Below are positions 13,948 to 24,892 of a stretch of DNA of 64,000 bases, in pieces; within the stretch, counting starts at the first letter, position 1; every line of letters begins with the position of its first letter. This DNA is from Escherichia phage AV122. Under the pieces are notes generated by a model. That model was not told where the DNA came from and ran no database searches. It saw nothing but the letters and a program-made list of their open reading frames with translations. Where the stretch lies: the sequence record OR352952.1; one strand, given 5' to 3'. A program made the position numbers and the translations under genes.

Positions 13948-15078
13948 TTATGGATAGGTATAGATGATACCAGTTTCTAAAGCAGTTTTGTGAATGATGT
14001 ATCCATTACGCGATTCTTGGACATCAACTTCTGGATAGTCTTTCATCATCTTCTGAAGAGTGTAACGATGCAGGTAGTATTTACTATCTGGATCTTCAGT
14101 TTTCCAATCTTTACCTTCTTCAGTCATTTTTTGGATTTCATCCATAACCCACCAACCGCACCAGATGTAAGCTGAGCTACGGTGTGGAAGAGGATGAACA
14201 TAAGGTAATTCACCTTCTGGTTCTGGAGCAACTTTATCAGTTACCTGAACTTGACCTTCTGCCGTAATAGTTTTGCTATCATAATCAGCAGCAGTAACAG
14301 TTGCAGTAACTTCAATAGTTTGACTTCCAATAGATGAGGTATCAACTGTATATACATTAGTTGACCCTTCTACAGGAGAAGAATCTTTCTTCCATGAATA
14401 CTCAATTTGCGCTTCTTCTGGAGCATCAGTGACATTAGCAGTAAATGTAGCCGAAGCATCTTGCTGAACGTTAATAGAAGGAGGAGTCAATGTAACCTGT
14501 GGATTCATTGTCTTCTTATTAACCGTTAATGATACTTCATTCGAAGTAACTTCTTTTGCGTCATAATCCGTTGCCGTCACTTGGGCTACGCATTTAATTC
14601 GTTTTACTCCACTTGTAGTAGGAGTATAACTAAATGTAGTGTTAGTTTCTTCACCAATTTGAGAATCATCTACATACCATTGATACGTAGCAGATGCGCC
14701 TGATGGTTGAGAAGCTAAGGCAGCGGTAAATTCAACAGCTGTTCCAATCACTCCAGCAGCAGGACTATCAGGAGTTACTGCCAAGGTAGTTGTCTGTGTC
14801 TTATTTTGAACTGTGATAGTTGTACTAATTTCAGCTGTTTCAGCTTCAGAATCAGGAACTGGATTTGTTGCAACTACCTTAATAGTCTTTTGTCCAGCAG
14901 GACCTTTTAGTACATAACTAAAAGTTGCAGACGTTTCTTCCTGCGGTGCATCATCAACAGTCCAAGCATAGGTAATAGGTCCATCTCCAGTTTGACCACT
15001 GGGCGTAGCAGTAAACTGCTTAGTCTCATCTATAACTCCAGTAGGTGTTTTAGGAGTTATATCAACTGTAAAAGCCAT
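13948..15078 (-). CDS. hoc: highly immunogenic outer capsid protein Hoc
   Basis: 376 aa as T4 Hoc; Thr/Ser-rich Ig-like repeats. Confidence 0.85.
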   Translation of the reverse strand: MAFTVDITPKTPTGVIDETKQFTATPSGQTGDGPITYAWTVDDAPQEETSATFSYVLKGPAGQKTIKVVATNPVPDSEAETAEISTTITVQNKTQTTTLAVTPDSPAAGVIGTAVEFTAALASQPSGASATYQWYVDDSQIGEETNTTFSYTPTTSGVKRIKCVAQVTATDYDAKEVTSNEVSLTVNKKTMNPQVTLTPPSINVQQDASATFTANVTDAPEEAQIEYSWKKDSSPVEGSTNVYTVDTSSIGSQTIEVTATVTAADYDSKTITAEGQVQVTDKVAPEPEGELPYVHPLPHRSSAYIWCGWWVMDEIQKMTEEGKDWKTEDPDSKYYLHRYTLQKMMKDYPEVDVQESRNGYIIHKTALETGIIYTYP

Positions 15079-15087
15079 AAGTTATCC

Positions 15088-15768
15088 TTATTTTAATGTT
15101 ACGAAAGAAGAATTACGAGTTTCACGAATTAAAACTGATCCATCGCGATTAATGTAATAAATTAAGCTAAATAATGTTTGGTGTGCAGAAGCATGCTCAA
15201 AACTAGTTGGGTGAGATTTCCAATCCGGAGTTTCAGCGATCCATTGATAAATCCACCAAGGAACAGTACAGAATCCTGGATTTTTTCCAATCAGCTGAAG
15301 ATTCGGACTAAAGTTTTCCGGAAGAGTAAATACAGACGGCTTTTCAGATTCAATAATCTCAGCTACAGCCTGTTCAAACTTTTCTTCAACAAAGGGAGTA
15401 TCTTCAATCAAAACTGAGGTATTTTCAGGAATTTTATCCGTTTCTACTACTTCAATTTTAATGTCAGATTTAACCGGAGAATCAATCAGAAGTGCTGCTT
15501 CTGGATTGACTTCTTCATCGTCATATTTTAATCCCTCTGCGGCATCAGCAGCATCAATTAAGTCTTTAATAGATAACCCATCAGTCTCTGGCATAGGTTC
15601 ACTAGCGAGCTTCTGGAGGGCTTCTTCAATATCAACAACGATATTATCAAAAGATTTATTCTTTTTGACCTTTATACCAAACTGTTCAGCATATTCAGCT
15701 AATTTAGCTTTAGCTTCTTTATTATCATCAAGAGCCTTCAGCTCTGCAATATAATCTTTATCTATCAT
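15088..15768 (-). CDS. inh: inhibitor of prohead protease (Inh / hoc.1)
   Basis: 226 aa; position between hoc and uvsW. Confidence 0.7.
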   Translation of the reverse strand: MIDKDYIAELKALDDNKEAKAKLAEYAEQFGIKVKKNKSFDNIVVDIEEALQKLASEPMPETDGLSIKDLIDAADAAEGLKYDDEEVNPEAALLIDSPVKSDIKIEVVETDKIPENTSVLIEDTPFVEEKFEQAVAEIIESEKPSVFTLPENFSPNLQLIGKNPGFCTVPWWIYQWIAETPDWKSHPTSFEHASAHQTLFSLIYYINRDGSVLIRETRNSSFVTLK

Positions 15769-15781
15769 AATATTTCCTCAG

Positions 15782-15789
15782 TATAAATA
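15782..15789 (+). promoter_or_regulatory. late promoter TATAAATA for uvsW
   Basis: Exact TATAAATA 30 nt upstream of ATG 15819. Confidence 0.7.
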
Positions 15790-15818
15790 TAGATATATTT
15801 ATTACATGGTATTTAGAC

Positions 15819-17330
15819 ATGACTGACATTAAAGTACATTTTTATGATTTTAGTCACGTGAGAATTGATTGTGAAGAAAGTACATTTCATGAACTCCGTG
15901 ATTTCTTTAGCTTTGAAGCTGATGGGTATCGTTTTAATCCGAAATACAAATATGGCCACTGGGATGGACGAATCCGTCTTTTAGATTATAATCGTCTTCT
16001 TCCATTCGGCTTAGTCGGGCAAATTAAAAAGTTCTGTGATAACTTTGGCTATAAAGCCTGGATTGACCCGCAAATTAACGAAAAAGAAGAATTATCAAGA
16101 AAAGATTTTGATGAATGGCTTTCTAAATTAGAAATCTATTCAGGAAATAAAAGAATTGAACCGCACTGGTATCAAAAAGATGCAGTGTTCGAAGGATTAG
16201 TTAATCGTCGTAGAATTCTTAATCTTCCAACATCCGCTGGTAAATCGTTAATTCAAGCTTTGCTTGCGCGGTATTATTTGGAAAATTATGAAGGTAAAAT
16301 TCTTATCATTGTTCCAACAACTGCTCTGACAACTCAGATGGCTGATGACTTCGTCGACTATCGTCTATTCAGTCATGCAATGATAAAGAAAATTGGTGGC
16401 GGAGCATCAAAAGATGATAAATATAAAAATGATGCACCAGTCGTTGTTGGTACATGGCAAACTGTAGTTAAACAACCGAAAGAATGGTTCTCACAGTTTG
16501 GAATGATGATGAATGATGAATGCCATCTTGCTACAGGAAAAAGTATTTCATCTATCATATCAGGTTTAAATAACTGCATGTTTAAATTTGGTCTATCTGG
16601 TTCATTACGTGATGGCAAAGCCAATATCATGCAGTATGTTGGAATGTTTGGTGAAATATTTAAGCCAGTAACGACTTCTAAGTTAATGGAAGATGGACAA
16701 GTAACTGAGCTAAAAATTAATAGTATTTTTCTTCGCTATCCCGATGAGTTCACTACTAAATTAAAGGGAAAAACTTATCAAGAAGAAATAAAAATTATTA
16801 CGGGGCTTAGTAAAAGAAATAAATGGATCGCTAAATTAGCTATTAAGCTTGCGCAAAAAGATGAAAATGCTTTTGTCATGTTTAAACATGTATCACATGG
16901 TAAAGCTATTTTCGATTTAATTAAAAATGAATACGATAAAGTTTATTACGTATCAGGGGAAGTTGATACCGAAACCCGCAATATAATGAAAACCTTAGCT
17001 GAAAATGGTAAAGGAATAATTATAGTAGCTAGTTATGGTGTATTTTCTACTGGTATTTCAGTTAAAAATCTGCATCACGTTGTTTTAGCGCACGGTGTTA
17101 AATCAAAAATCATTGTATTACAAACAATCGGTCGTGTATTACGTAAGCATGGTTCTAAGACAATAGCAACCGTCTGGGACCTCATAGATGATTGTGGCGT
17201 TAAGCCAAAATCTGCTAATACGAAAAAGAAATATGTTCATTTGAACTATCTTTTAAAACACGGCATTGATCGTATTCAGCGCTACGCAGATGAAAAATTT
17301 AATTACGTAATGAAAACAGTTAATTTATAA
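15819..17330 (+). CDS. uvsW: UvsW RNA-DNA / DNA helicase
   Basis: 503 aa; SF2 helicase motifs (PTSAGKS, DECH); TATAAATA late promoter upstream. Confidence 0.9.
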   Translation: MTDIKVHFYDFSHVRIDCEESTFHELRDFFSFEADGYRFNPKYKYGHWDGRIRLLDYNRLLPFGLVGQIKKFCDNFGYKAWIDPQINEKEELSRKDFDEWLSKLEIYSGNKRIEPHWYQKDAVFEGLVNRRRILNLPTSAGKSLIQALLARYYLENYEGKILIIVPTTALTTQMADDFVDYRLFSHAMIKKIGGGASKDDKYKNDAPVVVGTWQTVVKQPKEWFSQFGMMMNDECHLATGKSISSIISGLNNCMFKFGLSGSLRDGKANIMQYVGMFGEIFKPVTTSKLMEDGQVTELKINSIFLRYPDEFTTKLKGKTYQEEIKIITGLSKRNKWIAKLAIKLAQKDENAFVMFKHVSHGKAIFDLIKNEYDKVYYVSGEVDTETRNIMKTLAENGKGIIIVASYGVFSTGISVKNLHHVVLAHGVKSKIIVLQTIGRVLRKHGSKTIATVWDLIDDCGVKPKSANTKKKYVHLNYLLKHGIDRIQRYADEKFNYVMKTVNL

Positions 17331-17342
17331 GGGCTTCGGCCC
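17331..17342 (+). terminator. stem-loop after uvsW
   Basis: GGGC-TTCG-GCCC immediately after stop, followed by SD and uvsW.1 ATG. Confidence 0.5.
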
Positions 17343-17355
17343 TTTGGAGAAAAAG

Positions 17356-17586
17356 ATGTTACTAGAATTTAAACAATTTCTTTATGAAGCTTCTATTGAT
17401 GAATTTATGGGTAAAATTGCCTCTTGTCAAACATTAGAAGGTTTAGAAGAACTTGAAGCTTATTATAAGAAAAGAGTTAAAGAAACTGAATTAAAAGATA
17501 CTGATGACATCTCTGTGAGAGATGCTTTGGCAGGAAAAAGAGCTGAATTAGAAGATTCAGACGATGAAGTAGAAGAAAGCTTTTAA
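17356..17586 (+). CDS. UvsW.1 small acidic protein
   Basis: ATG 17356 after SD GGAG; ORF-track start 17344 is TTG. Confidence 0.6.
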   Translation: MLLEFKQFLYEASIDEFMGKIASCQTLEGLEELEAYYKKRVKETELKDTDDISVRDALAGKRAELEDSDDEVEESF

Positions 17587-17641
17587 ATTAAAAAAGGCCC
17601 AACCAAAAAGGAAGGGCCAAAACTATAGACTAAAGGTCACA

Positions 17642-17809
17642 CTATAGCAAAAGTTGTGTTTCATTTAATTGTTCTTCCGAACTTTCTGAAACTGGTAGTT
17701 CTTTAATGTAATTATAGCAAGGCCCAGGATGTACAGGACCTTTGTCTGTTTCAACAACCAATGCAGAATCGATTGGAGTTTTACAGACAACACAAATCTT
17801 ATCTGACAT
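17642..17809 (-). CDS. small Cys-containing protein (T4 uvsY.-1 position), 55 aa
   Basis: Not in ORF track (<60 aa); ATG preceded by GAGGAG; translation MSDKICVVCKTPIDS...PGPCYNYIK, possible zinc ribbon. Confidence 0.5.
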   Translation of the reverse strand: MSDKICVVCKTPIDSALVVETDKGPVHPGPCYNYIKELPVSESSEEQLNETQLLL

Positions 17810-17837
17810 GATTGTCTCCTCTGAATTATATATCTAT

Positions 17838-18062
17838 TTATACAACTCTCATATGCATATCAATGCCCATATCTTTAGAATAAAAATATTCATCAAGATA
17901 TCCGGCAAATTTTCCTTTAATATAAAGGACATCTTCACCACACGGGTGGTCTGCCAGGATACGAATATCCTGACGCTTAAGATTATGCTTTTTCATTAAG
18001 AATTGAATTTCCGTTTCAAATTCTTCTTCATAATTAAAAGCATCATCAATGCTATATCTCAT
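17838..18062 (-). CDS. hypothetical protein (T4 uvsY.-2 position)
   Basis: 74-aa ORF; ATG overlaps uvsY stop (TAATG). Confidence 0.6.
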   Translation of the reverse strand: MRYSIDDAFNYEEEFETEIQFLMKKHNLKRQDIRILADHPCGEDVLYIKGKFAGYLDEYFYSKDMGIDMHMRVV

Positions 18063-18475
18063 TATTTTCCAGCCTCAAATGCTCGCATGTCTTGAATATG
18101 CTTAATAGCAAATCCGCGTGATTTGATAGCATCAAGAGCTCCGCTACAGAAATCTAATAAAATTCCCCAATATTGTAATGAAGTATCAACCTTTAAAACA
18201 TCCTTATCAGCTGATAGAACTGTCTTCATTTCTGATTTCTCGTAACGATCCATACTAAATTCATCACCATCTCCTCGTCCCGAGTAGTAGTCTAATTTAG
18301 CTTTAAGAGCAACTTTTTTCTGTGCATCAATTCTAAGCATTTCCTTTTTAATACTTGAATGCTTATTAAGCCATTTACTATATAACATCACATTATTAGC
18401 TGCTTCATACTGTAATTTAGTCGAATCTATAAACACATCTTTCTTCAATTCTTCTTGAAGATCTTCTAATCTCAT
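18062..18475 (-). CDS. uvsY: UvsY recombination mediator
   Basis: 137 aa as T4 UvsY; MotA-type middle promoter upstream. Confidence 0.9.
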   Translation of the reverse strand: MRLEDLQEELKKDVFIDSTKLQYEAANNVMLYSKWLNKHSSIKKEMLRIDAQKKVALKAKLDYYSGRGDGDEFSMDRYEKSEMKTVLSADKDVLKVDTSLQYWGILLDFCSGALDAIKSRGFAIKHIQDMRAFEAGK

Positions 18476-18515
18476 ATTGTTCTCTATTCAATTGTTATTG
18501 GATGGACTTAGATTC

Positions 18516-18543
18516 ATTATACCACGTTTATACGTGAAGCATT
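18516..18543 (-). promoter_or_regulatory. MotA-dependent middle promoter for uvsY
   Basis: Minus strand aaTGCTTCA, 13-nt spacer, TATAAT. Confidence 0.7.
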
Positions 18544-18940
18544 ATACTCTATTACTGGAAGCCAGTTGTAGTTTTATCTGCTCAATGTCATCAGGGTTAT
18601 CAATGACCGAAAAGCGTATTTCTACTATCAGAGTATAATCATCATAAACTGGTATAGCATTAACTGCTAATTTATCAATACGTGGCTCATAGTTTCTTAC
18701 TGCGCTTTCGATATTACGCTCAACCGTGTCAGCAGTAAGAGGAGTCATATTCTCAAAAAGTTGGTCAGATAAATCACATCCAAATTCAGGGTCAAACGGT
18801 CTTGAACCTTTTCTTGTTGTAATAATTCCTAAAAGACTATTTTTAATTGACCTTAATCCAAGTGATCTTGAAACGTCTTTGTTCCAATCCATTTTCATCT
18901 CTGGGTCAATATCAGAATAAAGCTTATTAATATTTGACAT
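18542..18940 (-). CDS. 25: baseplate wedge protein gp25
   Basis: 132 aa as T4 gp25; hairpin-split SD upstream. Confidence 0.9.
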   Translation of the reverse strand: MSNINKLYSDIDPEMKMDWNKDVSRSLGLRSIKNSLLGIITTRKGSRPFDPEFGCDLSDQLFENMTPLTADTVERNIESAVRNYEPRIDKLAVNAIPVYDDYTLIVEIRFSVIDNPDDIEQIKLQLASSNRV

Positions 18941-19566
18941 TATAGTAACTCAAAGAACTCTTTGAGGCCTCTTATTACGTGAGCATGGGTTTTTCCACAC
19001 TCTGGACACTTAATTGGAACAGCCAAATAAACAGTAGGCTTTAAAAGCATATCTTTTATAGCTACAATATCTGACTCTGTGATGATAGAATATAAATCTT
19101 CCAGTTCTTTTTCATTTAAGTCTTCAACTGGAATGCTTTCCCCGTTAGCATGAATCGTTTCTATGCATGATACTATCATGTGGGCTATATTTTTATCATC
19201 AAAAATTTTAGGGTATCGGAATTTAATTTTAATGTCACCCAGTGTATACCAGAGGTCTTCTGGTGCATCTATTTGTGTATGTAATAGATTTATATGGGTT
19301 GGTATTTCAGTTCCACAGGTGCACTTCCAGGAGTTTTCGTGATTAACTTCACCGAGAGAATGTGCCCATAAATGAATCAACAATAGTTCTGATTCTTGAC
19401 GGTTTAAATCTTTTGCATTTGTGCAGTCTTTGATTAGCTTTTTAACAATTACTTCTACGGAACCATTATTTTTGGCAGTAATAAGTTCTAGATATTCTTT
19501 AAGAGTAAATGCGCGACAATTGATTATTTTAGAACCAACTCTCACATCAAATTTGTATTCATACAT
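18940..19566 (-). CDS. 26: baseplate hub assembly protein gp26
   Basis: 208 aa; synteny; late promoter upstream. Confidence 0.8.
   Translation of the reverse strand: MYEYKFDVRVGSKIINCRAFTLKEYLELITAKNNGSVEVIVKKLIKDCTNAKDLNRQESELLLIHLWAHSLGEVNHENSWKCTCGTEIPTHINLLHTQIDAPEDLWYTLGDIKIKFRYPKIFDDKNIAHMIVSCIETIHANGESIPVEDLNEKELEDLYSIITESDIVAIKDMLLKPTVYLAVPIKCPECGKTHAHVIRGLKEFFELL
18941..18972 (-). promoter_or_regulatory. gene 25 split ribosome-binding site
   Basis: SD AAGAGG about 26 nt from AUG with CTCAAAGA/TCTTTGAG hairpin (18949-18966) between. Confidence 0.6.
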
Positions 19567-19588
19567 ATTTTAGCTCCTTTATTTATCA

Positions 19589-19600
19589 TATTTATAAATA
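19589..19600. promoter_or_regulatory. divergent overlapping late promoters for genes 26 and 51 (palindrome TATTTATAAATA)
   Basis: TATAAATA on plus strand 19593-19600 and on minus strand 19589-19596. Confidence 0.65.
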
Positions 19601-19617
19601 GAATAAAAGGAGCATCT

Positions 19618-20367
19618 ATGGCAAACATTATTCGTTGTAAATTACCAGATGGTGTTCATCGTTTTAAACCATTTACGGTAGAAGATTATCGAGATTTTTT
19701 GTTAGTTCGAAACGATATAGAACATCGGTCGCCACAAGAACAAAAAGAAATAATTACTGATTTAATTGATGATTATTTTGGAGACTATCCGAAGACTTGG
19801 CAACCATTTATATTTTTGCAGGTATTTGTAGGGTCAATAGGTAAAACTAAAGTACCAGTCACATTCGTATGTCCAAAATGTAAAAAAGAAAAGACAGTTC
19901 CATTTGAAATATATCAAAAAGAATTAAAGGAACCTGTTTTTGATGTAGCTAATGTTAAAATTAAATTAAAGTTTCCTTCTGAGTTTTATGAAAATAAAGC
20001 AAAGATGATTACTGAAAATATTCATTCTGTTCAAGTAGATGAAATATGGTATGATTGGAAGGAAATTAGTGAATCAAGCCAAATAGAACTTGTTGATGCC
20101 ATCGAGATAGAAACATTAGAAAAAATTCTCGATGCAATGAATCCTATTAATTTAACTCTACATATGTCATGCTGTAATAAGTACATTAAAAAATACACTG
20201 ATATAGTAGACGTGTTTAAGCTATTAGTTAACCCAGATGAGATATTTACTTTTTATCAAATTAATCACACACTCGTAAAAAGTAATTATAGCTTAAATTC
20301 AATAATGAAAATGATTCCTGCTGAGCGCGGATTCGTATTAAAACTGATTGAGAAGGATAAACAATAA
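19618..20367 (+). CDS. 51: baseplate hub assembly catalyst gp51
   Basis: 249 aa; late promoter upstream; synteny. Confidence 0.8.
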   Translation: MANIIRCKLPDGVHRFKPFTVEDYRDFLLVRNDIEHRSPQEQKEIITDLIDDYFGDYPKTWQPFIFLQVFVGSIGKTKVPVTFVCPKCKKEKTVPFEIYQKELKEPVFDVANVKIKLKFPSEFYENKAKMITENIHSVQVDEIWYDWKEISESSQIELVDAIEIETLEKILDAMNPINLTLHMSCCNKYIKKYTDIVDVFKLLVNPDEIFTFYQINHTLVKSNYSLNSIMKMIPAERGFVLKLIEKDKQ

Positions 20368-21542
20368 TGAGTATGTTGCAACGCCCCGGATATCCAAATC
20401 TCAGCGTTAAATTATTTGATAGCTACGACGCTTGGAGTAATAATAGATTTGTTGAATTAGCTGCTACTATTACCACATTAACTATGCGGGATTCTCTTTA
20501 TGGCCGAAATGAAGGAATGCTGCAGTTTTATGATTCTAAAAACATCCATACAAAAATGGATGGAAATGAAATAATTCAGATTTCTGTAGCTAATGCAAAT
20601 GATATTAATAATGTTAAAACACGAATTTATGGATGTAAGCATTTTTCCGTGTCAGTAGATTCAAAAGGTGATAACATCATTGCTATTGAATTGGGAACTA
20701 TTCATTCTATAGAAAATCTTAAATTTGGTAGACCATTTTTCCCTGATGCAGGTGAATCTATAAAAGAAATGCTTGGTGTCATTTATCAGGATCGCACATT
20801 ATTAACTCCAGCAATAAATGCTATAAATGCTTATGTTCCTGATATTCCATGGACTAGCACATTTGAAAACTATTTGTCATATGTAAGAGAAGTTGCTCTA
20901 GCTGTAGGAAGCGACAAATTTGTATTTGTATGGCAAGACATCATGGGAGTTAACATGATGGACTATGATATGATGATAAATCAAGAACCATATCCAATGA
21001 TTGTCGGTGAGCCATCTTTAATAGGTCAATTTGTCCAAGAATTAAAATACCCATTAGCATATGATTTTGTTTGGTTGACTAAATCGAATCCTCACAAACG
21101 TGACCCAATGAAAAATGCTACTATCTATGCTCATTCATTTTTAGATTCTTCACTGCCAATGATTACTACAGGAAAGGGCGAAAACTCTATTGTAGTGTCA
21201 AGGTCAGGTGCTTATTCTGAAATGACTTATAGGAATGGATATGAAGAAGCTATTCGTCTTCAAACTATGGCACAATATGACGGCTATGCTAAATGTTCTA
21301 CTGTCGGTAATTTTAACTTGACTCCTGGTGTTAAAATTATTTTTAATGATAGTAAAAACCAATTTAAAACAGAATTTTACGTTGATGAAGTTATCCATGA
21401 ATTATCAAATAATAATTCAGTAACTCATCTTTATATGTTCACTAATGCAACGAAACTGGAAACAATAGACCCAGTTAAGGTTAAAAATGAATTTAAATCT
21501 GATACTACCACTGAAGAAAGTAGTTCTTCCAATAAGCAATAA
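20367..21542 (+). CDS. 27: baseplate hub protein gp27
   Basis: 391 aa as T4 gp27. Confidence 0.9.
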   Translation: MSMLQRPGYPNLSVKLFDSYDAWSNNRFVELAATITTLTMRDSLYGRNEGMLQFYDSKNIHTKMDGNEIIQISVANANDINNVKTRIYGCKHFSVSVDSKGDNIIAIELGTIHSIENLKFGRPFFPDAGESIKEMLGVIYQDRTLLTPAINAINAYVPDIPWTSTFENYLSYVREVALAVGSDKFVFVWQDIMGVNMMDYDMMINQEPYPMIVGEPSLIGQFVQELKYPLAYDFVWLTKSNPHKRDPMKNATIYAHSFLDSSLPMITTGKGENSIVVSRSGAYSEMTYRNGYEEAIRLQTMAQYDGYAKCSTVGNFNLTPGVKIIFNDSKNQFKTEFYVDEVIHELSNNNSVTHLYMFTNATKLETIDPVKVKNEFKSDTTTEESSSSNKQ

Positions 21543-22020
21543 AGAAGTTTCTATTCCTAAAATGGGTCTTAAACATTATAACATTTTAAAGGATGTTAAA
21601 GGTCCTGATGAAAATTTAAAACTTCTTATTGATTCTATTTGTCCGAATTTATCACCGGCAGAAGTTGATTTCGTTTCTATTCATTTATTGGAATTTAATG
21701 GAAAGATTAAATCTCGTAAAGAAATAGATGGCTATACTTATGACATTAATGATGTCTATGTATGCCAAAGATTGGAATTTCAATACCAAGGAAATACATT
21801 TTATTTTAGACCTCCTGGAAAATTTGAACAATTTTTAACTGTAAGCGATATGTTATCTAAATGCTTACTTAAGGTCAATGATGAAGTTAAAGAAATTAAT
21901 TTTCTTGAGATGCCAGCATTCGTTTTAAAATGGGCAAATGATATTTTTACAACTTTAGCAATTCCTGGCCCTAATGGTCCAATAACTGGAATTGGCAATA
22001 TTATTGGATTATTTGAATGA
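21487..22020 (+). CDS. 28: baseplate distal hub protein gp28
   Basis: 177 aa; overlaps gene 27 end. Confidence 0.8.
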   Translation: MNLNLILPLKKVVLPISNKEVSIPKMGLKHYNILKDVKGPDENLKLLIDSICPNLSPAEVDFVSIHLLEFNGKIKSRKEIDGYTYDINDVYVCQRLEFQYQGNTFYFRPPGKFEQFLTVSDMLSKCLLKVNDEVKEINFLEMPAFVLKWANDIFTTLAIPGPNGPITGIGNIIGLFE

Positions 22021-23789
22021 AAAAGCCACAAGAAATGCAAACGATGCGTAGAAAAGTTATTTCAGATAATAAACCAACACAGGAAGCGGCTAAATCTGCT
22101 TCTAACACTTTATCTGGACTTAATGATATATCTACGAAATTGGATGATACTCAAGCTGCTTCTGAATTAATAGCTCAAACTGTCGAAGAAAAATCGAATG
22201 AAATAGTTGGAGCAATTGGTAACGTAGAAAGCGCAGTGAGTGATACTACTGCCGGTTCTGAGTTAATTGCTGAAACTGTCGAAATTGGCAACAATATTAA
22301 TAAAGAAATCGGTGAATCACTCGGAAGCAAATTAGATAAATTAACGAGTTTATTAGAACAAAAAATTCAGACAGCTGGAATTCAACAGACTGGGACTAGT
22401 TTAGCTACAGTTGAAAGCGCTATTCCTGTTAAAGTCGTTGAGGATGATACTGCTGAATCTGTGGGTCCTTTATTACCGGCTCCCGAAGCAGTTAATAATG
22501 ATCCTGACGCTGATTTTTTCCCTACCCCTCAGCCAGTTGAGCCAAAGCAAGAATCACCAGAAGAAAAACAGAAAAAAGAAGCATTTAACTTAAAATTATC
22601 TCAAGCTTTAGATAAATTAACAAAGACAGTTGATTTTGGATTTAAGAAATCCATTTCAATTAGTGATAAAATATCAAGCATGTTATTTAAGTACACCATC
22701 AGTGCTGCTATTGAAGCTGCTAAAATGACTGCAATGATATTGGCTGTTGTTATTGGAATAGACTTGCTGATGGTTCATTTTAAATATTGGTCAGATAAAT
22801 TTTCAAAAGCCTGGGATTTATTTAATACTGACTTTACTAAATTCTCTAGCGAAACCGGAACATGGGGTCCTTTATTACAGAGCATCTTTGATTCTATTGA
22901 TAAAATTAAACAACTTTGGGAAGCGGGAGATTGGGGTGGATTGACAGCAGCTATTGTTGAAGGACTCGGAAGTGTTCTTTTTAATTTAGGTGAACTTATT
23001 CAATTAGGTATGGCTAAATTATCTGCTGCAATTCTTCGAGTCATTCCTGGTATGAAGGATACTGCTGATGAAGTAGAAGGAAGAGCATTAGAAAATTTCC
23101 AAAATTCTACTGGAGCATCTCTCAATAAAGAAGACCAGGAAAAAGTTGCAAATTATCAAGATAAACGAATGAATGGAGACCTTGGTCCGATAGCAAAAGG
23201 ATTAGATAAAATTGCTAATTGGAAAACTCGTGCATCTAATTGGATTCGTGGGGTTGATAATAAAGAAGCACTAACTACTGACGAAGAGCGTGCGGCAGAA
23301 GAAGAAAAATTAAAGCAACTTTCACCTGAAGAAAGAAAAAATGCTTTAATGAAGGCTAATGAAGCCCGTGCCGCAATGATTCGCTTTGAAAAATATGCTG
23401 ATTCAGCTGATATGAGTAAAGACTCAACGGTTAAATCAGTTGAAGCTGCCTATGAAGACCTTAAAAAACGGATGGATGACCCGGATTTAAATAATTCACC
23501 GGCAGTTAAAAAAGAACTTGCTGCTAGATTTTCTAAAATTGATGCTACTTATCAAGAGCTCAAGAAAAATCAGCCTAATGCCAAACCTGAAACTTCTGCT
23601 AAATCACCAGAAGCGAAACAAGTCCAGGTGATTGAAAAGAACAAAGCACAGCAAGCTCCTGTTCAACAAGCATCTCCTTCAATCAATAATACTAATAATG
23701 TTATTAAGAAAAATACTGTCGTTCATAATATGACACCCGTAACGAGCACGACTGCTCCTGGTGTATTTGATGCGACTGGAGTTAATTAA
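22017..23789 (+). CDS. 29: tail length tape-measure / baseplate hub protein gp29
   Basis: 590 aa as T4 gp29. Confidence 0.9.
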   Translation: MKKPQEMQTMRRKVISDNKPTQEAAKSASNTLSGLNDISTKLDDTQAASELIAQTVEEKSNEIVGAIGNVESAVSDTTAGSELIAETVEIGNNINKEIGESLGSKLDKLTSLLEQKIQTAGIQQTGTSLATVESAIPVKVVEDDTAESVGPLLPAPEAVNNDPDADFFPTPQPVEPKQESPEEKQKKEAFNLKLSQALDKLTKTVDFGFKKSISISDKISSMLFKYTISAAIEAAKMTAMILAVVIGIDLLMVHFKYWSDKFSKAWDLFNTDFTKFSSETGTWGPLLQSIFDSIDKIKQLWEAGDWGGLTAAIVEGLGSVLFNLGELIQLGMAKLSAAILRVIPGMKDTADEVEGRALENFQNSTGASLNKEDQEKVANYQDKRMNGDLGPIAKGLDKIANWKTRASNWIRGVDNKEALTTDEERAAEEEKLKQLSPEERKNALMKANEARAAMIRFEKYADSADMSKDSTVKSVEAAYEDLKKRMDDPDLNNSPAVKKELAARFSKIDATYQELKKNQPNAKPETSAKSPEAKQVQVIEKNKAQQAPVQQASPSINNTNNVIKKNTVVHNMTPVTSTTAPGVFDATGVN

Positions 23790-23797
23790 GGAATAAT

Positions 23798-24892
23798 ATG
23801 GCAATTGTTAAAGAAATAACTGCTGATTTAATTAAAAAGTCTGGTGAGAAAATTTCAGCCGGACAGAGTACTAAATCAGAAGTAGGAACTAAAACATACA
23901 CTGCCCAGTTTCCAACTGGGCGTGCTAGTGGTAATGACACTACAGGGGACTTCCAGGTAACAGATCTATATAAGAATGGATTATTATTTACTGCATACAA
24001 TATGTCATCTAGGGATTCTGGAAGTCTTAGATCGATGAGATCTAACTACTCTTCTTCATCTTCGAGTATTTTACGTACAGCTAGAAACACTATTAGTAGT
24101 ACAGTATCAAAATATCAAATAATAATTCAATCAAATAATAATTCAGGAACAATAAGTAAATCTCCTATCGCAAATATTCTTTTACCGAGATCTAAATCTG
24201 ATGTTGATACATCATCACATAGATTTAATGATGTTCAAGAAAGCCTCATCAGTAGAGGCGGAGGTACTGCTACTGGTGTGCTAAGTAATATTGCTTCAAC
24301 CGCAGTATTTGGGGCGCTGGAAAGTATAACACAAGGTATAATGGCTGATAATAATGAACAGATTTATACGACAGCCAGAAGTATGTATGGTGGTGCTGAA
24401 AATAGAACTAAAGTGTTTACATGGGATTTGACTCCACGTTCAACAGAAGATTTAATGGCTATTATTAATATCTATCAATATTTTAACTATTTTTCTTATG
24501 GTGAAACGGGTAAATCTCAATATGCTGCTGAAATAAAGGGATATTTAGATGATTGGTATCGTTCTACGTTAATTGAACCTTTATCTCCGGAAGACGCAGC
24601 TAAAAATAAAACACTATTTGAGAAAATGACATCGAGTTTAACTAACGTTCTAGTAGTTTCAAACCCGACAGTTTGGATGGTGAAAAACTTTGGTGCAACA
24701 TCTAAGTTTGATGGAAAAACGGAAATATTCGGTCCATGTCAAATCCAGAGTATCAGATTTGATAAAACACCTAATGGTAACTTTAACGGATTAGCTATTG
24801 CTCCAAACCTCCCTAGTACATTTACTCTTGAGATTACTATGAGAGAAATTATCACGTTAAACCGTGCTTCTTTATATGCGGGGACTTTTTAA
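23798..24892 (+). CDS. 48: baseplate tail-tube junction protein gp48
   Basis: 364 aa as T4 gp48. Confidence 0.85.
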   Translation: MAIVKEITADLIKKSGEKISAGQSTKSEVGTKTYTAQFPTGRASGNDTTGDFQVTDLYKNGLLFTAYNMSSRDSGSLRSMRSNYSSSSSSILRTARNTISSTVSKYQIIIQSNNNSGTISKSPIANILLPRSKSDVDTSSHRFNDVQESLISRGGGTATGVLSNIASTAVFGALESITQGIMADNNEQIYTTARSMYGGAENRTKVFTWDLTPRSTEDLMAIINIYQYFNYFSYGETGKSQYAAEIKGYLDDWYRSTLIEPLSPEDAAKNKTLFEKMTSSLTNVLVVSNPTVWMVKNFGATSKFDGKTEIFGPCQIQSIRFDKTPNGNFNGLAIAPNLPSTFTLEITMREIITLNRASLYAGTF

